Assembly (NCBI GenBank): GCA_963766645.1
Contig: CAVYAY010000001.1
Location: 531,020-595,019 of the forward strand
Reading direction: 5' to 3'
From: an uncultured Chloroflexia bacterium
GTDB lineage: Bacteria; Chloroflexota; Dehalococcoidia; DSTF01; WHTK01
Length of the DNA: 64,000 nucleotides
The position numbers and the translations under genes are program-made. The notes beneath the pieces were generated by a model. That model did not search any database and had not been told where the DNA came from. It saw only the letters and a list, made by a program, of their open reading frames with translations. This document shows positions 37,709 through 45,960 of the stretch, piece by piece. Every line of letters starts with the position of its first letter. Within the stretch, counting starts at the first letter, position 1.

Positions 37709-37987
37709 CTAAACCGCACCTTTCTTGATCGAGCGCCCGAGCGTTCCATGCACAACTGTAGGGTGGGCCGCGAAAGGCTCCAAAATTCATGCAAGCTGGT
37801 TATACGTTTCGTTGCGTCTTCGGCCGCTCGCTGCAGCCCACAGCCTACCGCGGCCGCGTGGTCGGGAGCGGCAGAGGCAGCGCCAGCCCGACCTTCTGCT
37901 GACGCGGCGTCCTGATTGCCTCGGAAGCGATCGCCACTTCCGCAGCCCCGGTGCCAATGCTGTCGAAGACAATGATCGCTCTGGGGT

Positions 37988-38095
37988 CTAGTGAATCGTC
38001 ACCGCGGAGAGTTCGTAACCCTCCCTGGCGGCCACGGCAGCCACGGTTTTTGAGTCCAGGCCACCCGAAAGCAAGACCATTCCAAGCTTCTTCAT
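37988..38095 (-). pseudogene. queC: 5' fragment (35 codons) of queC (7-cyano-7-deazaguanine synthase)
   Basis: MKKLGMVLLSGGLDSKTVAAVAAREGYELSAVTIH-stop. This is the SGGxDS PP-loop N-terminus typical of QueC, and no continuation exists in any frame. Confidence 0.6.
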
Positions 38096-38265
38096 CTGCT
38101 TCCCTCTACCAACGATGGCTGCGGTTGAATTTCCTGGCAGTCCAGTGTCTTCCCGCCGAAAGTCCCATCTCGGACTGAAGAAACATAGCCAGTCTCTTGA
38201 TACTGGTGGACGTCTTGTTGACGCGACCGCCATAGACCGCGAGGCCTAATTTAGATTCGAAATGT

Positions 38266-38341
38266 TGGTAGCGGTACGGGGATTCGAACCCCGGTTTTAG
38301 CCTTGAGAGGGCTACGTCCTGGTCCCCTAGACGATACCGCC
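38266..38341 (-). tRNA. tRNA-Glu (anticodon CUC), CCA encoded
   Basis: Hand-folded 76 nt: acceptor GGCGGUA/UACCGCU (G1.U72), D stem GUCU/GGAC, anticodon stem UAGCC/GGCUA with loop CU-CUC-AA, T arm CGGGG-UUCGAAU-CCCCG, discriminator A, CCA. Confidence 0.9.
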
Positions 38342-38356
38342 CTGCGAAAGTCGTAG

Positions 38357-38430
38357 TGGCTGGGGAGGGAGGATTCGAACCCCCGCATACGGATCCAGAG
38401 TCCGCTGTCCTACCACTAGACGACTCCCCA
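38357..38430 (-). tRNA. tRNA-Gln (anticodon CUG), CCA encoded
   Basis: Hand-folded 74 nt: acceptor UGGGGAG/CUCCCCA, anticodon stem GCGGA/UCCGU with loop CU-CUG-GA, T arm GGGGG-UUCGAAU-CCUCC, discriminator G, CCA. Confidence 0.9.
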
Positions 38431-38482
38431 TCGGGGCTTCATCCTAGCATAGCGATTTCCGGCGATCCAAACCGCATAAACC

Positions 38483-39973
38483 CTACTGCAGCATCTGCAC
38501 AGCCTCGCGCAACCGCAGCACGCAAAGCTCCCGCCCCAGCACCTCCATCGACTCCGTCAGCGGCGGCGACACCGGCCGCCCTGTGATCGCGACCCGCAGC
38601 ATCCCCGCCAGGTCGCGGAACTTGACCTCGATGCGGTCCGCCAGCGCGCGATACGCCTCCAGCAGCGCTTCGTGCTCCCACGCCGCCGTCTGCTCCGAGG
38701 CCACCAGCACCTCCGACAGCACCGCCGCCGCCTCGGCCCGCTTGCCGGCGTACGGCTTGCCCAGCAGGTCGTCGACCGCCGGCTCGACGCCGCCCGGCAG
38801 GTAGAAGAACCCCATCATCTCGTGTGCCTTCGAGGCCAGCTTTACACGCTCCTGCACCAGCGGCACGATGCGCTTCGAGTACTCGCGGTCCAGCGGCCGC
38901 GGCACGATCGACGGCAGGCCGCCCTCCGCGTCCGGCTTCTCCAGCCACGGCGTCACCACGTCGACGAACTCGTCCGGGCTCAGCGCCCGCATGTACTCGC
39001 CGTTGATCCAGTCCAGCTTCTCAATATTGAACACGGCCGGGCTTTTCAGCAGCCGCTCCAGGCTGAAGTGCTGCACGAACTCGTCGCGCGAGATGATCTC
39101 CGTCTTGTCGTCCAGCGACCACCCCAGCAACCCGAGGAAGTTGAACACCGCCTGCGGCAGGTACCCCTGATCGCGGTACTCCAAAACCGACTGCGCGCCG
39201 TGTCGCTTCGACAGCTTCGACCGGTCCGTCCCCAGGATCAGCGGCGTGTGCACCCACACGGGTGGCTCGTAGCCCAGCGCCTCGTACACTCGGAGGTGCA
39301 GCGGCGCCGACGGCAGCCACTCCTCGCCGCGCAGTACGTGCGTGATTTCCATCTCGTGGTCGTCCACCACCACCGCCAGGTGGTACGTCGGGAAGCCGTC
39401 CGACTTCAGCAACACCGCGTCGTCGATGCGGTTGTTCTCGAAGCGCACCTCGCCGCGCAGGAAGTCGTACACCACCGTCTCGCCCTCGCCCGGCGCGCGG
39501 AAGCGCACCACGGGCGGCCGGTCGCCGGCGTCCGCTTTCGCCTTGGCCCGACCCTCGTCCGTGCTGCACAGTCCGTCGTAGCCCGGCGGCAGCTTCTGTT
39601 CGCGCTGCCGGTTCCGCATCGCGTCCAGCCGCTCCGGCGTGCAGTAGCACTCGTAAGCCTGTCCCGACGCGAGCAGACGCTTCGCCGCGTCCTGGTACAG
39701 CGGCAGACGCTCCGACTGGAAGTACGGTGCGTGCCGCCCACCCACCTCCGGTCCCTCGTCCCACTGCAGCCCCAGCCAGCGCAACGACTCGTAAATCTCG
39801 TCCAGCGACTCCGGCACGTACCGGTTCTGGTCCGTATCCTCGATGCGCAGGATGAACTGCCCGCCGCTATTGCGCGCCGCCAGCCAGTCAAAGATCGCGG
39901 TGCGCGCCGTCCCCAGATGTGGCGTCCCGGTGGGACTAGGCGCAAGGCGAACACGGACGGGGCCTGTACTCAT
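38483..39973 (-). CDS. gltX: Glutamate--tRNA ligase
   Basis: RVRLAPSPTGTPHLGTARTAIFDW (HIGH-type motif), FILRIEDTD, KLSKRHG (KMSKS). Confidence 0.95.
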   Translation of the reverse strand: MSTGPVRVRLAPSPTGTPHLGTARTAIFDWLAARNSGGQFILRIEDTDQNRYVPESLDEIYESLRWLGLQWDEGPEVGGRHAPYFQSERLPLYQDAAKRLLASGQAYECYCTPERLDAMRNRQREQKLPPGYDGLCSTDEGRAKAKADAGDRPPVVRFRAPGEGETVVYDFLRGEVRFENNRIDDAVLLKSDGFPTYHLAVVVDDHEMEITHVLRGEEWLPSAPLHLRVYEALGYEPPVWVHTPLILGTDRSKLSKRHGAQSVLEYRDQGYLPQAVFNFLGLLGWSLDDKTEIISRDEFVQHFSLERLLKSPAVFNIEKLDWINGEYMRALSPDEFVDVVTPWLEKPDAEGGLPSIVPRPLDREYSKRIVPLVQERVKLASKAHEMMGFFYLPGGVEPAVDDLLGKPYAGKRAEAAAVLSEVLVASEQTAAWEHEALLEAYRALADRIEVKFRDLAGMLRVAITGRPVSPPLTESMEVLGRELCVLRLREAVQMLQ

Positions 39974-40026
39974 GCCCGCATCTTATCAGCGGGCCGACTC
40001 CAACCCCATTCGCGTACAATTGCGAT

Positions 40027-40215
40027 ATGCAAAACGTCCGCCTGCCGGTAATTCTCAGCGAAGGCGAGGACGGCTTCGTCGTCGCCCAGATACCTCTCAT
40101 CCCGGGATGCATCTCGCAGGGGAGCACCGCGGAGGAGGCCCTGGCGAATATCAAAGAGGCTGCCGAGCTCTGCCTTGAAAATCGCGTGGCCGAGGGATGG
40201 GATCTGCCTGCCTAA
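40027..40215 (+). CDS. HicB-like / UPF0150 family small protein (putative orphan antitoxin)
   Basis: 62 aa. EDGFVVAQIPLIPGCISQGSTAEEALANIKEAAELCLE matches the HicB N-domain pattern. No HicA partner was seen. Confidence 0.6.
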   Translation: MQNVRLPVILSEGEDGFVVAQIPLIPGCISQGSTAEEALANIKEAAELCLENRVAEGWDLPA

Positions 40216-40221
40216 AGCGCG

Positions 40222-41107
40222 CTAGCCTTCTAGCTGCCTCAACGCCCTTTCTAAATCCACCGCCAGCGGCGTCTCGAAGCTAAGCTCCCGTCCGTCGATC
40301 GGATGGCTCAGCGTCAACCGCCATGCGTGCAGGAACTGCCGCGATACCAGCTTCGTCGGCCGCCCGTACACCGCGTCCCCCACCACCGGGTGCCCCAACG
40401 ACGCGAAGTGCACCCGTATCTGGTGCGTCCGTCCCGTCACCGGCGAAGCCTCGGCGTACGTGTAGCCCGGCAAGCGCTCCCGCACCCGGTACGACGTCTG
40501 CGCCTCCCGCGACGCCGCGCCGTTGACCATCATCCGCTTGCGGTTATTTGGGTCGCGACCGATCGGCGCGTCAATCAGCGCCTCGTCCGGCTGCAGCGCC
40601 CCCTCGACCAGCGTCAGGTACGTCTTGTGCATGCGGCGCTCCGCCAGCTGCCGCGTCAGCCCGTGGTGCGCCCGCTCGTCCTTCGCCGCCACGATCAGCC
40701 CCGACGTGTCCTTGTCCAGCCGGTGCACGATACCCGGCCGCTGTACACCGCCGATCCCCGGCAGGTCAGGGCAGTGCGCCAGCAGCGCGTTGACCAGCGT
40801 GTGGCCGCTGTGCCCCGGCCCCGGGTGCACCGGCATCCCCGCCGGCTTGTCGACCACGATCATGTGCTCGTCCTCGTAGACGATAGTCAGCGGGATCGAC
40901 TCCGGAAGCGGCTCCGCCGGCACCGCCGCCGGCACGCGCACCGTCAGACGCTCGCTGCCCGTCCATACGGTCGCCCGGCTTGTGCCGCACGCGACCCTCG
41001 TGGCTGACCAGCCCTTCGGCGATCAGACGGTGCGCCTGCGCCCGCGATACGTCGCAGAGTCGCGCCACCGCCACGTCCAGCCTCTCGCCGGCCTGGTTGG
41101 CGACCAC
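40222..41107 (-). pseudogene. rluD: RluD-type 23S rRNA pseudouridine synthase with one frameshift near 40954
   Basis: The S4 domain ([32 protein letters not shown]) is in ORF 40766..41107. The catalytic part ([22 protein letters not shown]...GIVHRLDKDTSGL) is in ORF 40222..40941. The span is 886 nt. Confidence 0.75.
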
Positions 41108-41120
41108 CTCCAGCAGCGTG

Positions 41121-41660
41121 TCAGCCGCCGTCAGGGCTGGCCTCGCGTTGTGCCTTTTCGAAAAACAGGAAGAACCCGGCGATCACGAACAGCCCGATCA
41201 CGATCGACGAATCCGCCACGTTGAACTCTGGATACCGCGGAAAGTCGATGAAGTCGGTCACGTGCCCGAAGCGCAGGCGATCGGCCAGGTTGCCCGCGGC
41301 GCCGCCAAGTAGCAGCCCCATCGCGACCCGCAGCAGCCCGTGCTCCATCGGTGGATATAAGTAGTAGAAGACGATGGCGCCTATCGCGATCACCGCCGTG
41401 ATCGTCAGGAACACGCCCGCGTCCTGCAGCATGCCGAACGCCGCGCCCGTGTTCGTGACGTGCGTAATCTTGATCAGCCACCCGTCCGAAGGCCACGACT
41501 CGCCTACGGCCAGCCAGTCGCGGATTAAAGCCTTCGTCACCTGGTCCAGCGCGAATACCAGCCCCGCCACTAGGAAGAACGGTGCGCCGCGGCGGGCCTG
41601 CCGCGCGACGGCTCCCGCCCAGTCGCTGTCGCTTCGAGTCGTGGCGTCGGTAGTAGACAT
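41121..41660 (-). CDS. lspA: Lipoprotein signal peptidase II
   Basis: [49 protein letters not shown]. Confidence 0.9.
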   Translation of the reverse strand: MSTTDATTRSDSDWAGAVARQARRGAPFFLVAGLVFALDQVTKALIRDWLAVGESWPSDGWLIKITHVTNTGAAFGMLQDAGVFLTITAVIAIGAIVFYYLYPPMEHGLLRVAMGLLLGGAAGNLADRLRFGHVTDFIDFPRYPEFNVADSSIVIGLFVIAGFFLFFEKAQREASPDGG

Positions 41661-41714
41661 CGCCTTGATCTTAGCAAGTCGCGCCGGGATGGCCCGATTC
41701 TCAGCGGTGTACTT

Positions 41715-42353
41715 CTACGCGCCGGGCGTTTCGACTCTTCGCTTCAGGCCCTTGCACATGCTCCGAGCCATCAAGAAGTCGGCTGGCCCGATGAAAAAGT
41801 GAGCGAACGCAAGGAGCCACAACGGCCGCGCCCTGAGACGGACGCGGAAGTGGTATCGAGTGCTTCCCGGTCCATCCGGCGTCAGCGAGAACGTCCACGT
41901 CCAGCTCAACTTAACTCGCGGATCGTGGAGCAGCTTCGCCGGCAGGTGGGTAGTGGAATGAAGCACGAGCAGCCGGTTCTCCTCAATCTGCTCCACCTTG
42001 AAAAAGCACCCCGATTCCGGCGGGCCGTCCGGGATGATGTCACCCACCAGCAACGTCTGGTACTCGGGGAGGATCGTTACCGCGCTCGGCCCGTTATTCG
42101 GGAAAAGCAGCCTATCTATCCAGCGATACGTGTACCATCCGGCGCGGCCCCAGCCGACCTGGAGCAACCAGGGCCAGACCTGCTCTGGTGCCGCCTCTAT
42201 GCTTATCGCGTGGTCTGTAATGAACTCTGCATGCGGGACGATTTCGTCACCCGGCAACTCGCGTCGGCGCTCAGCCGCTGTCGAACCCCACGTCCGCCCC
42301 AGATAGTACACAATCGCGTACAACACGCCGAGGGCCGCGGCCAACCTCACCAT
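41715..42353 (-). CDS. SRPBCC-superfamily protein
   Basis: ELPGDEIVPHAEFITDHAISIEAAPEQVWPWLLQVGWGRAGWYTYRWID is the common SRPBCC/DUF-type pattern. Confidence 0.5.
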   Translation of the reverse strand: MVRLAAALGVLYAIVYYLGRTWGSTAAERRRELPGDEIVPHAEFITDHAISIEAAPEQVWPWLLQVGWGRAGWYTYRWIDRLLFPNNGPSAVTILPEYQTLLVGDIIPDGPPESGCFFKVEQIEENRLLVLHSTTHLPAKLLHDPRVKLSWTWTFSLTPDGPGSTRYHFRVRLRARPLWLLAFAHFFIGPADFLMARSMCKGLKRRVETPGA

Positions 42354-42424
42354 TTCCAGCGAATCCTAACTTACGCTTCGCAATCACTCCGCTATCATGG
42401 ATTCGATCTGGAACGGGAGACGCG

Positions 42425-43021
42425 ATGAACATCTTTAGCCGACGCAACGCCGACAAAGAGAAGTGGGGCGAGCGCCTGCCGCCCGGCCAGTCGGCCACCG
42501 ACGGCTGGCCCATCTTGCACTACGGCTCGATCCCCCTGATCGAAACCAAAGACTGGACCTTCGAGCTCGGCGGCGCCATCGAAGCGCCGGTCAAGCTGAG
42601 CTGGGACGAGTTCATGGCCCTGCCCCATGTCACGCTCGAAAACGACATCCACTGCGTCACCTCCTGGAGCAAGTTCGACAACTCCTGGACCGGCGTGCCG
42701 GTGCGCGAGGTGCTCAAGCTCGCCCAGATCAAGCCCGAAGCAACCCACGTCATGGTCCATTCCTACGGCGGCTACACCACCAACCTCGCGCTCGTAGACC
42801 TCGACCGCGACGACAACCTCTTCGCCCACACCCACAACGGCGAGGCGTTGACCCGCGAACACGGCTGGCCCCTGCGCCTCGTCGTCCCCCACCTCTACTT
42901 CTGGAAGTCGGCGAAATGGGTGCGCGGCCTCAACTTCATGGTTCAGGATCAGCCCGGCTTCTGGGAGATGTACGGCTACCACAACCGCGGCGATCCGTTC
43001 AAAGAGGAGCGCTACTCCTGA
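42425..43021 (+). CDS. Sulfite-oxidase-like molybdopterin-dependent oxidoreductase (short form)
   Basis: DWTFELGGAIEAPVKLSWDEFMALPHVTLENDIHCVTSWSKFDNSWTGVPV...HGWPLRLVVPHLYFWKSAKWV. Confidence 0.7.
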   Translation: MNIFSRRNADKEKWGERLPPGQSATDGWPILHYGSIPLIETKDWTFELGGAIEAPVKLSWDEFMALPHVTLENDIHCVTSWSKFDNSWTGVPVREVLKLAQIKPEATHVMVHSYGGYTTNLALVDLDRDDNLFAHTHNGEALTREHGWPLRLVVPHLYFWKSAKWVRGLNFMVQDQPGFWEMYGYHNRGDPFKEERYS

Positions 43022-43186
43022 GGCCTCTTGCTTAGGCCGGACGCCGTGTGCTGGCGCTACCGAATTCACATGCGCGTATGCTCCATGTTGGTTACGCGCG
43101 ATGCCCCGCACTATGGTCTATGATCGCCCCGAAATGACCCGCCGGCACGTAACCGCGGCTACCGCTGTCCCGATTCACCTCGACGC

Positions 43187-44443
43187 ATGAACCAAACCGC
43201 AGTTGGTGTCCTTGCTGTCGCGCTGTTGATCTTCGGAACTGCCGTTATCAACAGCGTCGAAATCGCTGTAATCAGCGCCAACCGTATTCGCGTCCACCAC
43301 ATGGCCGAAGAAGGCAGCCGCCGGGCGCAGGCCCTGGAGCGATTGCACCTCAACCAGGAGCACTTCTTCGCCGCCGTCGTCGTCCTCCAAACGTTCCTCG
43401 TCGTGGTCGCCGGCGTCGTCGGCGGTCAGACCGCCGAGCGCATCTCGAATAGCTTCTGGGTCGTGGCCGGCGCCACCGTCCTCACAGCCTGGGTCACAGC
43501 GCAATTCGGTGACTTGATTCCTAAAGTCCTCGCCGCGCGGGCCAGCGTTTCCTTCGCGCTCGCTGTTGCGCAGCCTGCTGAGGCCCTCCTGCGGGTCCTC
43601 AGTCCTATCGTCCAGGCGCTCGCCTTCCTGCCCAGCCTCATGTCGCGCTGGCTCTTCGGCGTCGACCTCGAGCGCGGGCCCAGCGTCACAGAGGCCGAAC
43701 TGCGGATGCTTATCGACCTCAACGCCGAGTCCGGCACCATGGAGGAGCACGAGGCCGAACTGCTCGACCGCGTCTTCCACTTCGGCGACCGACACGTCCA
43801 CGAGGTCATGACCCCGCGTACTGAGGCCGTCGGCATTGATCGAGCGGCTTCGCTAGGCGACTTCTACGCCGTCTACCGCGAGGCGCACCACTCCCGCTTC
43901 CCCGTCTACGACGAGAGCCTCGATAGCGTCGTCGGCATCCTCGTCATCAAAGACGTGCTCTCCAAGCTCGCAGCCGGCGAGGTCGACATGGACAGTCCCG
44001 TCGAGCCCATTGCGCGCCAGGCGCTCTTCGTTCCCGAAACCAAGCTGATCGGCGAGCTGTTTCGCGAGATGCAGGCCCGCGGCGACCAGATGGCGATCGC
44101 CATCGACGAGTTCGGTGGCACCGCCGGCATCGTCACCCTGGAGCAGCTCCTCGAGGAGATGGTCGGCCGCGTCCGCGACGAGCTTTGGCCTGAAGAAACC
44201 GAGATAACCACGATCGACGAGAACACGAAGCAGGTCGACGGCGGACTCGGCATCGAAGAGGCGCGCGACGAGCTGTCGCTCAACATCCCCGACGGCGACT
44301 ACGACACCGTGGCCGGGTACGTCCTCAGTATGCTCGGCCACATCCCCAAGGTCGGTGAAACCGTAACCCTGGACGGCTGCAGCATCGTCGTAGCTGAAAT
44401 GCGCGGCCTGAAGATCGAGCAGCTGCGGGTAACCCGGGCGTGA
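43187..44443 (+). CDS. CNNM(DUF21)-CBS-CorC/HlyC family membrane protein
   Basis: N-terminal hydrophobic DUF21 region, a CBS pair (HVHEVMTPRTE...RFPVYDESLDSVVGIL) and a C-terminal CorC_HlyC region (DGDYDTVAGYVLSMLGHIPKVGE). Confidence 0.8.
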   Translation: MNQTAVGVLAVALLIFGTAVINSVEIAVISANRIRVHHMAEEGSRRAQALERLHLNQEHFFAAVVVLQTFLVVVAGVVGGQTAERISNSFWVVAGATVLTAWVTAQFGDLIPKVLAARASVSFALAVAQPAEALLRVLSPIVQALAFLPSLMSRWLFGVDLERGPSVTEAELRMLIDLNAESGTMEEHEAELLDRVFHFGDRHVHEVMTPRTEAVGIDRAASLGDFYAVYREAHHSRFPVYDESLDSVVGILVIKDVLSKLAAGEVDMDSPVEPIARQALFVPETKLIGELFREMQARGDQMAIAIDEFGGTAGIVTLEQLLEEMVGRVRDELWPEETEITTIDENTKQVDGGLGIEEARDELSLNIPDGDYDTVAGYVLSMLGHIPKVGETVTLDGCSIVVAEMRGLKIEQLRVTRA

Positions 44444-44946
44444 GGTTCGTACTCGTCCTGCACGGCGAGAGCACGGGCAGCGGGGACGGCCCGTCGCTGA
44501 CCGAAACGGGACGCCTCCAGGCTCGCGCCGTCGGCGCCGAGCTGCATCAGCCCGCCACCGTCATCACCAGCCCGTCGCCTGCCGCCACCCAGACCGCGAC
44601 CATCATCGCCGCGACACTCGGCGCCCCCGCCGCTGAGCCGCGTCCCGAGCTCGACGCCCCCGGCAAAGACAGCTCGCCTGAGGCCGTCCAGGAGGACGCC
44701 TGGGCCATCATCGAGGCCGCCAAAAAGGAACTCGACGCCGACGCGACTCTGGTCATCGTCACGCACGAGGTCACCATCCGGCTCCTCGTCTGCCGCGCCC
44801 TCGCCATGCCCCTCACCGAGATGGGCCGCTTCGCCCTCGCCCCCGGCTCAATGTCGACCATCGAATGGCGCACCCAGCCTCGCGAGCGCCTCCTCATAGC
44901 CTCCCTCAACGAGGTCTGCCACCTCGACAGCCCTGCCGAAAACTAA
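44440..44946 (+). CDS. Histidine phosphatase (phosphoglycerate-mutase-like) family protein
   Basis: RFVLVLHGES...LTETGRLQA...IVTHEVTIRLL. GTGA overlap with the upstream gene. Confidence 0.55.
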   Translation: MRFVLVLHGESTGSGDGPSLTETGRLQARAVGAELHQPATVITSPSPAATQTATIIAATLGAPAAEPRPELDAPGKDSSPEAVQEDAWAIIEAAKKELDADATLVIVTHEVTIRLLVCRALAMPLTEMGRFALAPGSMSTIEWRTQPRERLLIASLNEVCHLDSPAEN

Positions 44947-45536
44947 GGGGTCAGACGGAACGGCGGGTACACGTCCGTGACCAGCAGGAACGCGTATGCC
45001 TCCACACGGTTGCTCCATCGCAGCACCCCCTCAACGAAGTTGAAGAAGCCTCTCGGGTATCGACCCGTGAAGAGGACGGCGAACCACGCCATGATCAGAA
45101 CGATGACCACCGCTACGTAAAGGAAGGCGAGCACCACATAGTGCGGTATCGCCAGCAGCCACTTCACCAGAGGAAGCCATCTATTGAGTTCGTTGGCGGC
45201 GTCCGGATAGGCGATGGAGAGATGGACCGCCTGCTCCTCTTCCGTCGAGGGATAGCGGTCGTCCATCATCGCTAGATAGACGCAGAGGCGGTTGCCAAAA
45301 CGCCAGAGCTGTAGGTTCCAGTCGAACCACCATCTCGGGTACTTTCGCCTGAAAAGGATCATGAGCAGCGGGCCCAGGAATAGCATGCCGCCCGCGCCGC
45401 TCTCGCTGCCGGCTACGGCGAGGTAAACGATGAGGATCGGTATCACCACGATGATCCGAAAGGCCGTGCTGAGCCGATTCAGCGGCCGGTCGGGGTAATC
45501 CACGGAGAACTGCACCGGATGCGGTGTTTCTTGCAA
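44943..45536 (-). CDS. DUF4389-like membrane protein
   Basis: HPVQFSVDYPDRPLNRLSTAFRIIVVIPILIV ... KWLLAIPHYVVLAFL ... FTGRYPRGFFNF. Confidence 0.6.
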   Translation of the reverse strand: MQETPHPVQFSVDYPDRPLNRLSTAFRIIVVIPILIVYLAVAGSESGAGGMLFLGPLLMILFRRKYPRWWFDWNLQLWRFGNRLCVYLAMMDDRYPSTEEEQAVHLSIAYPDAANELNRWLPLVKWLLAIPHYVVLAFLYVAVVIVLIMAWFAVLFTGRYPRGFFNFVEGVLRWSNRVEAYAFLLVTDVYPPFRLTP

Positions 45537-45760
45537 TGTCTCGATGCCTTCCTGTCTGTTGCAAGCTCTCGCCTGACCAGCGAAGCGACAGTCCCAGAAT
45601 CATAGCAAAGCGGCAACGAAGAACAGGGCCATCCGGCCTCGGTTCCTGCCCATCGGCCCAATACGTGCGGCTTGTCTGGAACGGCCACGCGTGAACTCTA
45701 GGCCCGCGATTTCGGATTCAGTGCACCACCAGCCGCCCCACCAACCCCTTTGGCGCCTCG

Positions 45761-45867
45761 CAGGGGTAGCGGGCAGCAGATGCGAGGGGGCGGGGTGTCC
45801 CTTGGAGACCCTCTTCTCGTTGGGGTCGGGGAGCCGCGGCGCGCAAGCGACGCGCAGCAAGCGCGCC
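45761..45867. repeat. Copy A of a GC-rich intergenic repeat of ~110 nt
   Basis: caggggtagcggg..gcgagggg..ggggtgtccct.ggag.ccctc.tctc.t.ggggtcggg.agc...cgcgcagcaa.cgcg aligns by eye with 52085..52200 at about four positions in five, in the same orientation. Confidence 0.7.
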
Positions 45868-45960
45868 GAGTTATCGACCAGCACCCGGGCCACCTCGGCC
45901 CCTCGTCGCCACGCCCGGCCGGCATCGTCGACGATTACACCACCAGCGCCCGGTAGTCAG

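Noticed and set aside
37725-37987. A possible gene fragment reading ...AIIVFDSIGTGAAEVAIASEA... (minus strand), reminiscent of an ornithine cyclodeaminase/mu-crystallin C-terminus.
   Set aside because: It is too short and the similarity is only impressionistic. There is no start codon and no support from neighbouring sequence.
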